From Thermoplasmatota archaeon (GTDB lineage: Archaea; Thermoplasmatota; E2; JACPAO01; JAHFTW01): 64,000 bases of DNA. The translations under genes and the position numbers were made by a program. Positions 1-9,293 of this stretch are shown here, piece by piece. The DNA lies in the NCBI GenBank assembly GCA_041601615.1, contig JBFIHX010000002.1, positions 160,001 to 224,000 of the forward strand, written 5' to 3'. The notes beneath the pieces are model-generated. The model did not search any database and had not been told where the DNA came from. It saw nothing but the letters and a program-made list of their open reading frames with translations. Every line of letters starts with the position of its first letter. Within the stretch, counting starts at the first letter, position 1.

Positions 1-2
1 AA

Positions 3-1088
3 AAGCAAGCAGAACGGGAGCGCAAGGAAATCGAACGCCGCCGCCTGATGGCTGACTTGGACCGTACCCTCGGCCGAAGCGAACGCGTCGCCCGCGCCCC
101 CCTGCGGCGCCACCAGACCCCTTCGAATCGCGTTGACTCGTTGCTCGGACACGGCCGCCACTTGGATCTCACCCCAGGTACCCGACTCAGCGCTCGTACT
201 CTCGCGGAGCAAAAGCAACCCTCGACGTCCAATGAACCTCCTGGCGCCACCCAGGACCACGACTCAGGGCACACGGGAGCCCGCGAACACCGCTTTGGCA
301 CCAACTACCAATATCTAGATGCCGTGTTGGGGCGAGGTGCTCCGACAGGACAGGATTCCGCCACCCCGGGTCACTTCGGCGCGACCCCGCCGTCGCCACG
401 AGCGCAAGAACCTGCACTAGGGACGAAAGAACCTGCGCCGCCTCTAGCACGGACACCCAGTTCCGGTCCACGCTCGCAAGTCGCCGGAACCCCTCGGTCG
501 GCCCCAGAACCTAGCTACCCTCGAGCTGCCTTGGCATCCACGGACGACGTGATCCAGACTCGTGGCCCGAGCAGGGGCCCAAGCAGTGCTTCAAGGAGCA
601 CCGCGCACCCTTCTCGCGCCACTCCGGCTGCCACACCGGCATCCTCTCAGGCAGCTTCCTCGTCCGGCCCCGCCGCAGAAACGGCCGTGGTGGAACACAA
701 CCACCGCATGGAGCGCATCAAAAACCGCGTCGACGGCCTTGGCAAGCGCGCCGTCGAACTCAACGACCGACCCGGCGGGCGCCTCGGCCGCATCGCAGAG
801 CACCTCATGGACTGTGGCTTTGACGTATTGGTTCGCCCCGAGACCCCGGGAGCCCGCATCGACCTCGCTGCAGAACGACCCGAGGGCAATCCACAACGGA
901 TTGTGCTTCGCCTCGAGGACAAACTCACCGTGGCGGCCGCCAACAAGGGACTAGAGTTGGCACGAACACTGGACGTGGACCAAGTGGTCGTTGTTGCAGA
1001 GCACGCCGATCCCGAAGCGGAGCGACGCCTTCTGGCCACCAAGGTCCAATGGCTGACTCCCACGGACTTGGCAAAGGCACGTTTGTGA
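3..1088 (+). CDS. 5'-truncated protein: low-complexity linker plus C-terminal restriction-endonuclease-like (Mrr-cat-like) domain
   Basis: Frame is open from base 3, upstream of the ATG at 48; Pro/Ser/Ala-rich linker, then 'HLMDCGFDV...RIDLAAE...DQVVVVAE...VQWLT', resembling a degenerate PD-(D/E)xK fold. Confidence 0.5.
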   Translation, partial: KQAERERKEIERRRLMADLDRTLGRSERVARAPLRRHQTPSNRVDSLLGHGRHLDLTPGTRLSARTLAEQKQPSTSNEPPGATQDHDSGHTGAREHRFGTNYQYLDAVLGRGAPTGQDSATPGHFGATPPSPRAQEPALGTKEPAPPLARTPSSGPRSQVAGTPRSAPEPSYPRAALASTDDVIQTRGPSRGPSSASRSTAHPSRATPAATPASSQAASSSGPAAETAVVEHNHRMERIKNRVDGLGKRAVELNDRPGGRLGRIAEHLMDCGFDVLVRPETPGARIDLAAERPEGNPQRIVLRLEDKLTVAAANKGLELARTLDVDQVVVVAEHADPEAERRLLATKVQWLTPTDLAKARL

Positions 1089-1449
1089 ACCAAGCGCACT
1101 CAGGCGCGAGGACCGAGCAAAAGCCACGAAGGAACGAATGGAATCGCACCTTGGTGGGCCCGAATCAGACCAGGGCACAGCGAGTCGATCGCAGCAAGCT
1201 GAAGCTTCGAGGAATGCCAAGGCAACTTCGGAGACAAGCACCACGGATATCGCACGCACGGGATGGGCTGAATCAGGACAATTTGGCCGCGGCTGCGTGC
1301 CTGGAGCGCCCTACTGAGCCCCTGGAATTACACCGCCTTCGCAGGAGCTTGCCCGCCCTTTCGCCCAACGCAAGAACCAGATGCGCCCCCCGGCTCCAAG
1401 TTCCTAGGTCCCCCCGCCTTGGACGGACCTGAGCAAGAGGGAACGCCGC

Positions 1450-2718
1450 ATGCACACCGTCAGCACCGATTGTCAAGCCCTAGATGCACTCTTGGACGGC
1501 GGTCTCGAATCCGACGCCATCACCCTGGTGTTCGGAGAGGGTGGCAGCGGCAAAACCAACCTCGCACTGCAATGCGCTCGCGTAGCCATCGCCGGCGGCC
1601 AGCGCGTCGCCTACGTGGACACGGAAGGCGTGAGCGAAAAACGGCTTGCACAAGTGTTCAACGCCCTGCCCGACGAGGGACGCGAAGGCGCCATCGAACG
1701 GTTGCTGTTCTACAAGCCCTTTTCCATCGACGAACAGGAGAAGATGGTCAAGAAAACCGCCCTCTTGAAGGACGTCGGTCTGATTGTTGTGGACTCCGTC
1801 AACATGCACTACCGGCTCCACATCGATGCACCCGGAGGCGAAAAGGAAGCCGGCCAAAGCCTGCTTGCCCAACTGCATCACTTGACCATGCACGCTCGGC
1901 GCCACCACATCCCCGTGCTCATCACAGGCCAAGTGTACGGAGGCGAAGACGCGACGCAACCGTTTGCCCGCCGCACCATGGAACACCTCGTCAAAGCGCT
2001 CGTTCGCTTCGAGAAACGACCCGATGGCACCCGCCGCGCCACCGTCCTCAAACATCGCAGCATTGAGGAGGGCAGACAGGTCCGGTTTGTCATTGGGCCC
2101 AACGGACTTGAAGACCTAGCCCAGGCACGAACCTCTGGTTCCGTAGGCGCAGGCGCGGGCAGGGGCGTGGGCGCGGACAAACCCGCTTTGGGAACATCCA
2201 ATGTGGCACGGCCCTCGGCGACGAATGCCGCCGGAACACCGCAGAGGCTGAGCCCAGAAGAGGCGCGTGCTCGCTTCGAGCGCTTGCGACAAGCCCAGGC
2301 CGAAGCAGGGGACGAATCAGGGTCGGAAATGAGCGCGGCCTCCATGGCCGATCCGGTGCGACACTCGACCATCGGAATCGAATCGAAGAACGAACTCGAA
2401 TCGGCCACCGAGGAAGAACCAAGCCTCGATGCCGCAATCGAACCGGGAATGCAACGCCACCCTGCTCAATCAGACCCAATTCCAATTCCCGCAGACACAC
2501 CGCCGTCCGAAACAGCCACGAACCCCATAGCTTCGGGCCAGGCGGCAGACGCGCCCTCGGCACCCCTCCGCGCCCACGACGACGCAACCGATGAATCGGA
2601 CGCCCCCGAGGGCCCGGCGACCGAACTCATGACCGAAACCGAGCGCAACGAGGCCGAATCCTTGCCTGGATTCACCTCCGCCAACAAAATTCCGCGCAGC
2701 GGGGAACAACCCTCCTGA
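1450..2718 (+). CDS. radB: DNA repair and recombination protein RadB with a ~200-aa acidic C-terminal extension
   Basis: Walker A GEGGSGKT, YVDTEG, Walker B LIVVDS, RadB basic patch KHR; no RadA N-terminal domain. Confidence 0.9.
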   Translation: MHTVSTDCQALDALLDGGLESDAITLVFGEGGSGKTNLALQCARVAIAGGQRVAYVDTEGVSEKRLAQVFNALPDEGREGAIERLLFYKPFSIDEQEKMVKKTALLKDVGLIVVDSVNMHYRLHIDAPGGEKEAGQSLLAQLHHLTMHARRHHIPVLITGQVYGGEDATQPFARRTMEHLVKALVRFEKRPDGTRRATVLKHRSIEEGRQVRFVIGPNGLEDLAQARTSGSVGAGAGRGVGADKPALGTSNVARPSATNAAGTPQRLSPEEARARFERLRQAQAEAGDESGSEMSAASMADPVRHSTIGIESKNELESATEEEPSLDAAIEPGMQRHPAQSDPIPIPADTPPSETATNPIASGQAADAPSAPLRAHDDATDESDAPEGPATELMTETERNEAESLPGFTSANKIPRSGEQPS

Positions 2719-2792
2719 GCCCCCAGAGGGACCCGGCCGGGGGCCCTGATGCCAAAAAAACCATAAGGTACGAGGCTCCCACGTATCTTGCT

Positions 2793-3695
2793 ATGCGCAC
2801 GTTGTCCCGACTCGGCGTACCGATTCTGTTGTTGCTTGCAGCCTGCTTGGTCCAAGCCTCAGCCCAGCCCATCGCCCCAGACGGACCCCCGGTCGCGCCC
2901 GACGGCCTCGTCCCCGAGGACCCACTGATCGACCCAGAAGCCCTCTCCGAATTCAAGGAACTAGGCCCCGTCCTGGACCTCGTACGTGGTGAAGAAGGCG
3001 GCGCCGCACCACCCGAAGAGGACACCGCCGCGCCGTCCGAGCCCGGATTCGCCGACCGTGTACGCGCTGCCATGCAAGACAAACTGCTCACCGCAGGCCT
3101 CGCAGGCGTGGTTGCGGCCGCGCTGGGTGCGGCTGGATTCGGCCTCGTGACGCGCTACGTCAGCCCCAAAGAGGCCCTCAAAAATCCGCAGCGAGCCATG
3201 CTGTACGGCTTCATCCGCGCCACCCCCGGCGCGCACCTGAAGCAACTCTCGGACGAATTCGTCATGAAAACCAGCAGCATCCTATGGCACATCCGCAAGC
3301 TCGAAGCGGCAGAACTGGTGCACAGCGACCGCGTCAACGGCTACCGAGTCTTCTACCCCGTCGACGGCGGCATCGAAGCCAAGCGCGTCAGTCGCGCCAT
3401 CACCGCCCTGCAAAACGACAACGCCAAAGCAATCTTCGAAACCATCCAACGGGACACCGGCTGCACCACGCGCGCCATTGCCGAACGCCTCAGCTTGCAC
3501 GGCGGCACCGCCCGCTGGCACCTGAAAAAACTGCGCGACCACGGCCTCCTAGAGGAACTGGTACGCGACGACGGCTCCCGCTTCTACAACACGCCGCTGG
3601 GCGACCGCGCCATCGAGGCCATGATGGGCCGCCCCGTCGAACCCGCCAGGGTCCTCCCCCGGCGCGCCCCCGTTCCCCTTCCCGCTTCCGAGTGA
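2793..3695 (+). CDS. membrane-anchored double winged-helix transcriptional regulator
   Basis: Signal peptide (…QASAQ), acidic linker, TM helix, two wHTH units (PGAHLKQL…LWHIRKLE; TTRAIAERL…RWHLKKL). Confidence 0.75.
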   Translation: MRTLSRLGVPILLLLAACLVQASAQPIAPDGPPVAPDGLVPEDPLIDPEALSEFKELGPVLDLVRGEEGGAAPPEEDTAAPSEPGFADRVRAAMQDKLLTAGLAGVVAAALGAAGFGLVTRYVSPKEALKNPQRAMLYGFIRATPGAHLKQLSDEFVMKTSSILWHIRKLEAAELVHSDRVNGYRVFYPVDGGIEAKRVSRAITALQNDNAKAIFETIQRDTGCTTRAIAERLSLHGGTARWHLKKLRDHGLLEELVRDDGSRFYNTPLGDRAIEAMMGRPVEPARVLPRRAPVPLPASE

Positions 3696-3700
3696 TCCAC

Positions 3701-4525
3701 ATGTACAGAACCGCCACCATCCTCCTGCTGCTCGCCCTCATTCCCGTTGCGCTTGCGCAGGCGCCCGTGGACCCCAACGATCCACTGGGCCTCGGCGAGG
3801 ACCCCGAACCCGCAGAGCAGGCCCCTGACCTGGCACCCGGGCAATCGGGCGACGACCCCGCCGGCGGCGTCACCGACCCGGTCCAAGGAAACGACGGAGG
3901 CATCGATTGGGGACGTGGCATCGTCTGGGGCGTTGGCATCGGCGGCGTCGGACTCGCAGCACTCGCCGGCATTGCCTACTACCTCGGCATCGGGGGATTG
4001 CGGCACGTGGACAAACACAACGTCCTCGAACACCCGATGCGCAAGAGCCTGCTCGAAGTGGTGGAATCCGAACCCGGCGTTCACTTGCGCGAACTCGCAA
4101 CACGCCACGGCACCGCAGTCACCAACACCCAATGGCATCTGCGCAAACTAGAGATGGCCGGGCTCGTCAAGACGCAAAAAGTCCAGGGCCGACGCCTCTA
4201 CTACCCCACCGCAGGCGGCGCCCAAGCCAAGCAAGTCGCCGTCCAGAATGCTGCAGTGCAAAACCCCAACGCCCGCCGCATCCTCGACTACCTCCAGACG
4301 CGCCCCGGCACGAACCAACGCAGCCTCGCAGAAGCCCTGGAGATGAACCCGGGCACCGTGCGCTGGCACTTGCGCAAAATGGAAGCCGCTGGCATGGTCA
4401 AGTGCATCCCCGACGGCACCCAAAGCTGCTATTTCCCGTTGGACACCACCGGACCAGGGACCTGGAGCGACGACTCCGACAGCAAGAAGGAAGCCATCCT
4501 CAGCGTCGACGGACCACGCAACTGA
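3701..4525 (+). CDS. membrane-anchored double winged-helix transcriptional regulator (paralog of the upstream gene)
   Basis: ATG at 3701, 5 nt after the upstream stop; signal peptide, TM helix, PGVHLREL…QWHLRKLE and PGTNQRSLAEAL…RWHLRKME. Confidence 0.75.
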   Translation: MYRTATILLLLALIPVALAQAPVDPNDPLGLGEDPEPAEQAPDLAPGQSGDDPAGGVTDPVQGNDGGIDWGRGIVWGVGIGGVGLAALAGIAYYLGIGGLRHVDKHNVLEHPMRKSLLEVVESEPGVHLRELATRHGTAVTNTQWHLRKLEMAGLVKTQKVQGRRLYYPTAGGAQAKQVAVQNAAVQNPNARRILDYLQTRPGTNQRSLAEALEMNPGTVRWHLRKMEAAGMVKCIPDGTQSCYFPLDTTGPGTWSDDSDSKKEAILSVDGPRN

Positions 4526-4636
4526 ACGAGGCCAAAATCTGGCCCACAGTGCACACCGCAGCGTCGAGCATGACTCGGGCGCATTGAGCCGGAACCGAAA
4601 AGCAACCGCCTTCAGCACGCCGCCTTCTGGGTCCAT

Positions 4637-5854
4637 GTGCAGCGACGCGTCTTTGCCGGGCTCGCCCTCCTGTCCACCCTGCTTGGCGCCCCCTTGGCCC
4701 AAGCACAAACCGACCCCGTTCCGGTGCCTGCGCCGTTTGCACCGGCTGCCGCTGCACGCCCCGAGCGCCCATGGGACTCCTGGCTTGCGCCCTACGTGGA
4801 CACAGCCCTCGAACGTTTTCTGGGCGACATCGTTGCATGGGTCCTCGTGGGCCTACTGGTGGTCCTCGTCGTTGCACCCCTTCTGAAATGGGCAACCAAA
4901 CGCATCCCCGGCGACCTAGACAGCCACATCGTGGGCATCGTTAGCACCCCCTCCTTCGTGCTCGTGTTTGCCTTTGGAATCGTCGACAGCCTGCACCAAT
5001 TCGACCTTTCTTGGCGACTGGCAAGGAACCTCGACAACACCTGGAACGCCCTGCTCATCGTGGTGCTCACCTACGTGGCGTTCCGGCTCTGGCACGAAAT
5101 CCTGCGCGGCGTCGGAAAACAAGTCAGCGCACGCACCGAGACGGAACTGGACGACCAACTGTTTCCACTCATCGACAAAACCGGCGGCGTGATCATCATT
5201 CTCGTGGGCATCTGGCTCACCATCGGCAGCTTCGGCATCGACATGACGTTGTTTGCCGCCGGCAGCGCCATCGGCGGCCTCGTCATCGCGTTTGCCGCCC
5301 AAGACACTCTAGCCAACTTCTTTGCCGGCGTGCAGATCCTCATCGACCGGCCCTTTCGCGAAGGCGACCGCATCGAAATCAAGGACGAAAACACCTGGGG
5401 TGACGTGGTCGAAATCGGCTTGCGCACCACACGCGTGCGCACCCGCGACAACCGACTCGTGGCAATCCCCAACAGCATCATCGGCAACAACCCCGTCATC
5501 AACCACAGCTACCCCGACGCCAGCTACCGCCTCAACGCCTTCGTGGGCATCGCCTACGGCAGCGACATCGAACACGCGCGCAGCATTATGATCAACGCCG
5601 TGCAAGCGGCCGAAGGCGTAGACACAGACAAGCCCGTAGAGGCCCTGTTCTTGGAGTTCGGAGAAAGCAGCCTCAATTTCCGCGTCCGCTACTGGATTCC
5701 AAGCTACGCCGACACCAGGCGGACACTCGATCGCGTCAATACGGCGCTGGAGCGGGCGCTCCGGGAAGGCGGCGTGCAGATTCCGTTCCCGCAGAGGGTG
5801 CTATGGAACGGAGCGACGCCGGGGGCACCAATCGTGGGAGTAGGCGGGAACTGA
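4637..5854 (+). CDS. mscS: small-conductance mechanosensitive channel (MscS family)
   Basis: AFAAQDTLANFFAG, RPFREGDRI, GDVVEIGLRTTRVRT, IPNS, IPFPQR. Confidence 0.92.
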   Translation: MQRRVFAGLALLSTLLGAPLAQAQTDPVPVPAPFAPAAAARPERPWDSWLAPYVDTALERFLGDIVAWVLVGLLVVLVVAPLLKWATKRIPGDLDSHIVGIVSTPSFVLVFAFGIVDSLHQFDLSWRLARNLDNTWNALLIVVLTYVAFRLWHEILRGVGKQVSARTETELDDQLFPLIDKTGGVIIILVGIWLTIGSFGIDMTLFAAGSAIGGLVIAFAAQDTLANFFAGVQILIDRPFREGDRIEIKDENTWGDVVEIGLRTTRVRTRDNRLVAIPNSIIGNNPVINHSYPDASYRLNAFVGIAYGSDIEHARSIMINAVQAAEGVDTDKPVEALFLEFGESSLNFRVRYWIPSYADTRRTLDRVNTALERALREGGVQIPFPQRVLWNGATPGAPIVGVGGN

Positions 5855-5874
5855 AGGGTTCCAGGACCTCTGGC

Positions 5875-6681
5875 CTACTGCCCCTTCATCAACTCCCGCA
5901 ACCCCTCCAGGATGATGCGGGTGTGCCGAATGTCCTCGGCGTTGTAGTCGATCAAATCCTTCTTGACTTGAGGGTCGGCGCGGCGGCGGTAGCCACGGTA
6001 CATACGCAGCGCATGGTAGCCGTCCTTGACCTTGAGGCGCGGCTTCTCGTAGCCAAAGTACTGCGCCACCTTCTCCGACTTGAACTTCGAAACGGGCAGA
6101 TAGATGCGCTGGGTCTCGGGGTTGGCGGTGTAGACCACCTCGGTCTGCAGATCAAACCAGTTGACCTTGTTGACCCAACTGGGGTTGATGCCGTATTTCT
6201 CGCTCGCGCGGCGAAGCTGCACCGTGTCGCTGCTGGCACCACCCCACGTCACCATAGTGCCGCCTTGTTCGCAGAGGGCCTTGAAGTCGCGAAGCAGCTG
6301 TTCCTGGCCCTTGCGCGTGGTTTCGAACCAGCTCTGGACCTTCTCGGTCTTGTGGTCAAGCATCCCGTACAGGAAAATCTCGCTCACAGGGCCATCGAAC
6401 TCCAGGTCCATGTGGATGATGGGCTCGGGTAGATCGTAGATGCGGGGGTCGGCGGCGTAGATGACGGCCTTCTGTTCCACGTGCGCTTGCGCGAACCCTT
6501 GCAGGAGCGAAAGCTGGCCCAGGAAGCCCTCGTCGCCGGCAAATGCGGGACTGGCGCGCAGGTCCTCGATGTCGGCTTTCCAGAGCTTTTCGACCGTGTC
6601 GATGCCGGCCGATTGCAGACGCTGCGCTCGCCCCTCCTTGATCATGGGGAGGTCCGTGAGCGCAATTGGACGGCCCGACAC
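5875..6681 (-). CDS. HhH-containing RNase H-like (RNase_H_2/YprB-like) DEDD exonuclease
   Basis: N-terminal HhH (LTDLPMIKEGRAQRLQSAGIDTVEKL); acidic motifs DLEFD, TWGGASSD, YNAEDI. Confidence 0.7.
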   Translation of the reverse strand: MSGRPIALTDLPMIKEGRAQRLQSAGIDTVEKLWKADIEDLRASPAFAGDEGFLGQLSLLQGFAQAHVEQKAVIYAADPRIYDLPEPIIHMDLEFDGPVSEIFLYGMLDHKTEKVQSWFETTRKGQEQLLRDFKALCEQGGTMVTWGGASSDTVQLRRASEKYGINPSWVNKVNWFDLQTEVVYTANPETQRIYLPVSKFKSEKVAQYFGYEKPRLKVKDGYHALRMYRGYRRRADPQVKKDLIDYNAEDIRHTRIILEGLRELMKGQ

Positions 6682-7037
6682 ACCCGGACGACTGGGGGCG
6701 GCGTGAAAAACCCCCCCGCTTCGATTGATCCCTCCCTCGGGGTGCCTCGGCTCGCTTCGGCGGGCTCAAGTAGACGCAATCGGATGAGGGCCCAGATGGA
6801 TGCAAAGACCGTAACCCATGTTGTCGACGAGGTTCAGGTCGTGGGAGCCGCCGCGGCATAGACCTGCCTCAACGGAAGGAACGGGGCCGGGCCAGAGCGG
6901 GAACAGAATTCACAGACCGCTTCCCTACTGAACGATGGCCCTGGACGGCCGGGGCCGTGCAACGCGCCGCGCCACGCCGTGGAGCATTGGATACGTACGG
7001 TTCACTCGCCAAGCGCTTTGAAACCTCGACCTATTGA

Positions 7038-7316
7038 TTGCGCATGCGAATTCTGCTCTTGGTAAGCATGGCTGTCAGTCTCGCCGTCGTCCCGTCTGCC
7101 TCTGCGTCCCCGTGTGTCGGCGCCAACGTGCCTTGCTGGTCCGAATACGGTCAAGAACAAGCCAACCGCGAGATCGACAATGTTCAGCAGGCCATCAACG
7201 ACGGCATCGACACCGCGCAGGACCTGCTTGTATGGCTGCTGGGCATGGCCACGGATCCGCCGCCTGTTGTGTGCTGGAATCAGGAACCCATTTGGCCTGT
7301 CATTGGACGTTGCTAG
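7038..7316 (+). CDS. small secreted Cys-containing protein, copy 1
   Basis: Signal peptide ending VPSASA, then PC…CW, an acidic helical middle and C-terminal CW…C. Confidence 0.7.
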   Translation: MRMRILLLVSMAVSLAVVPSASASPCVGANVPCWSEYGQEQANREIDNVQQAINDGIDTAQDLLVWLLGMATDPPPVVCWNQEPIWPVIGRC

Positions 7317-7402
7317 GCTGCGTTTTGCTCCGGCGTCGGCCGCCCACTCGATAATGAAGAGCCGCCGCACAAGCGTCTAGGACCTGAGCGATATGTCCTC
7401 GC

Positions 7403-7669
7403 ATGCGCCCCCTCCTCGTGCTCGCCCTTCTGGGCCTAAGCCTCGCATTCGTACCGTCGGTCTCCGCTGCGCCTTGCAATGGACAGCTTGCCATTGAGAC
7501 GGAATGCTGGATCGAATACGTCGAACCCCGGGTCAACAGTGTCGTCGACACGGCGCAGGAAACCGCAAACGACGCCGTCGACGATGTGCAGGGTATCCTG
7601 TTTCCTGAAGACCCGTACGCCTGCTGGCGCCTGCCTCCCGTGCGCCCCTACATCGACCAGTGCTGGTAG
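7403..7669 (+). CDS. small secreted Cys-containing protein, copy 2
   Basis: Signal peptide ending VPSVSA, PC…CW, acidic middle, CW…CW; same layout as copy 1. Confidence 0.7.
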   Translation: MRPLLVLALLGLSLAFVPSVSAAPCNGQLAIETECWIEYVEPRVNSVVDTAQETANDAVDDVQGILFPEDPYACWRLPPVRPYIDQCW

Positions 7670-7679
7670 GTCGGCACCG

Positions 7680-7930
7680 GTCATTCCTGTGACCGCGCAG
7701 GCTGCGGCGTGCCCTGCAACGCCCAGTACTTGTCGGGCATCGACTGCCACATCGATTACTGGCAAGTCCGCACCGATTACGCCATCGACACCGTGGAGGA
7801 CACGACCCAACAGGACCTGAGCCTAGTCCAGGACGCGGTCAACCGGCAACTCGACAAGTGGGGCGCCATCGCGGACGACATCTACGAGGGCATCCCCTGC
7901 GTCGGCCCCGGCGGGCCCGTCTGCTGGTAG
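7680..7930 (+). pseudogene. third copy of the small secreted family, lacking an intact signal peptide
   Basis: Mature region PCN…C…CVGPGGPVCW from GTG 7709; a signal-peptide-like remnant (VIPVTAQAAA) lies just upstream in a different frame. Confidence 0.5.
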
Positions 7931-7941
7931 GTGGGTAGCCG

Positions 7942-9114
7942 TTATGCGGTGACGTGCTGGATGACGTCGGGCACCGGAGGCGCTTCCACGAACTCGCCTT
8001 CCCGGCGTTCGATCTTCTTGCCGCCCATCTCCACCAATTCATTCCCGTTCCACTTCGGCCGCAGCAATTCGCGGGGCTTGCACGTCGCCAACAGGTAGTT
8101 GGCCACGATCGGCCAGGCCATGATGACGTCGGCGTAGCAGGTGGCCTTGGTGGCCTTGGCGTGGACCTTGCCCCATGCCTGCGCTTCCTCCAGGGTCGAG
8201 CCGGAGAGGCCGTTCCATTCGGGGCGGTCCATGGTAATATTCACCGCATACTCGTGGCCTTCGCGGTCCGTGTACTCGGTGGTCTCGCAGACAACCTCGC
8301 AGTCGTTGACGAAGTTCTTGGGCACACCGCCGCCGAGGTAGATGACGCAGCTCTTCTTCGAGTTGCCCTTGAGTTGGGTGATCTCCCAGTTGTCTGCCAC
8401 GGGGTCGTGGATGAACGTCTTCTGGGTGCCGGCGCGGGTGTGGCGCCAGTGGTTGATGCAGAGGCCGATGCCCATGCTGCAGTCGGTGAGGGCGGGGATC
8501 CACAGGGGCACGTCGAGGCGGTTGACGGCGGCAAGCACGCCCTCGTTGGCGGCCTTGAGGTCATTGAACTCGCGGCGCTCGCGGATCGTCTGGCCTACGA
8601 AGTCGGTGAACTGCCGGCTGGTCTTGGGGCCCCGCAGCTCAGCGGCGTCGGCGAGGTAGCTGATGTAACCGTCGCAGGCACGCAGGAAGTCCTCGTCGAT
8701 GTAGGAGTCGTAGAGGCGGTCGATCATGTGCTCGCGCAGGAGCAAATTGTCGATCGAGGGGCGTCCTTGGCCGACGGGGCCGCCGAGCGAGAGGTACAGA
8801 TCGTCGTCGATGCAGCCGCCGGTGCTGACCCAGGCGTCGATGAAGCCTGCTTCCATGAGCTTGACGAACAAGTCGCGCATGCCCGTAGAAATCAGTGTGC
8901 CTGCGGTGGCGAGGATGATGGTGGGGCGCTCGGGGTCTTCGATGGCGCGGCGCAGAATGTCGCAGACCATGCCGAGCTGTCGGCCTTGGGCGCTGGTGTT
9001 GCGCATTTGGTCGATGAGCTCTACAAGGCCCGCGGTGGGCTGCACTTGCGTCACGGGTGTTTGAAAGAAGTCGGTCTTCTGCCAGTCGTATTCGGGGTCG
9101 ATGCGGGGTACCAT
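7942..9114 (-). CDS. dys: deoxyhypusine synthase (DHS family)
   Basis: GTLISTGMR, WVSTGG, PALTDCSMG, LGGGVPKNF, GLSGSTLEEAQAWGK (active-site Lys); SD GGAGGTGA before ATG 9114. Confidence 0.88.
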   Translation of the reverse strand: MVPRIDPEYDWQKTDFFQTPVTQVQPTAGLVELIDQMRNTSAQGRQLGMVCDILRRAIEDPERPTIILATAGTLISTGMRDLFVKLMEAGFIDAWVSTGGCIDDDLYLSLGGPVGQGRPSIDNLLLREHMIDRLYDSYIDEDFLRACDGYISYLADAAELRGPKTSRQFTDFVGQTIRERREFNDLKAANEGVLAAVNRLDVPLWIPALTDCSMGIGLCINHWRHTRAGTQKTFIHDPVADNWEITQLKGNSKKSCVIYLGGGVPKNFVNDCEVVCETTEYTDREGHEYAVNITMDRPEWNGLSGSTLEEAQAWGKVHAKATKATCYADVIMAWPIVANYLLATCKPRELLRPKWNGNELVEMGGKKIERREGEFVEAPPVPDVIQHVTA

Positions 9115-9293
9115 GGGGTTCACCTCCAGGTGGGCCGCCGGGCTCGCAGGCTGGCAGGGCCGTGTAGGGGGTGTTCCAGTGGAGGTGGTAGATGAAGTTG
9201 ACGCGCAAATTGCCCCCACACCATAATTACCCAAATTTGGGTTCATAGGGCATTCCTAAACCCTGCCCACGCAAGACCCCCAACGGGAATCCA

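Noticed and set aside
1090-1449. Possible structured RNA (SRP or RNase P) upstream of radB
   Set aside because: The conserved SRP helix-8 and RNase P P4 motifs could not be identified.
6767-6912. Minus-strand fragment (…VPSVEAGLC…GLCIHLG) resembling a remnant small secreted Cys protein
   Set aside because: No start codon or full signal peptide; the similarity is too weak.
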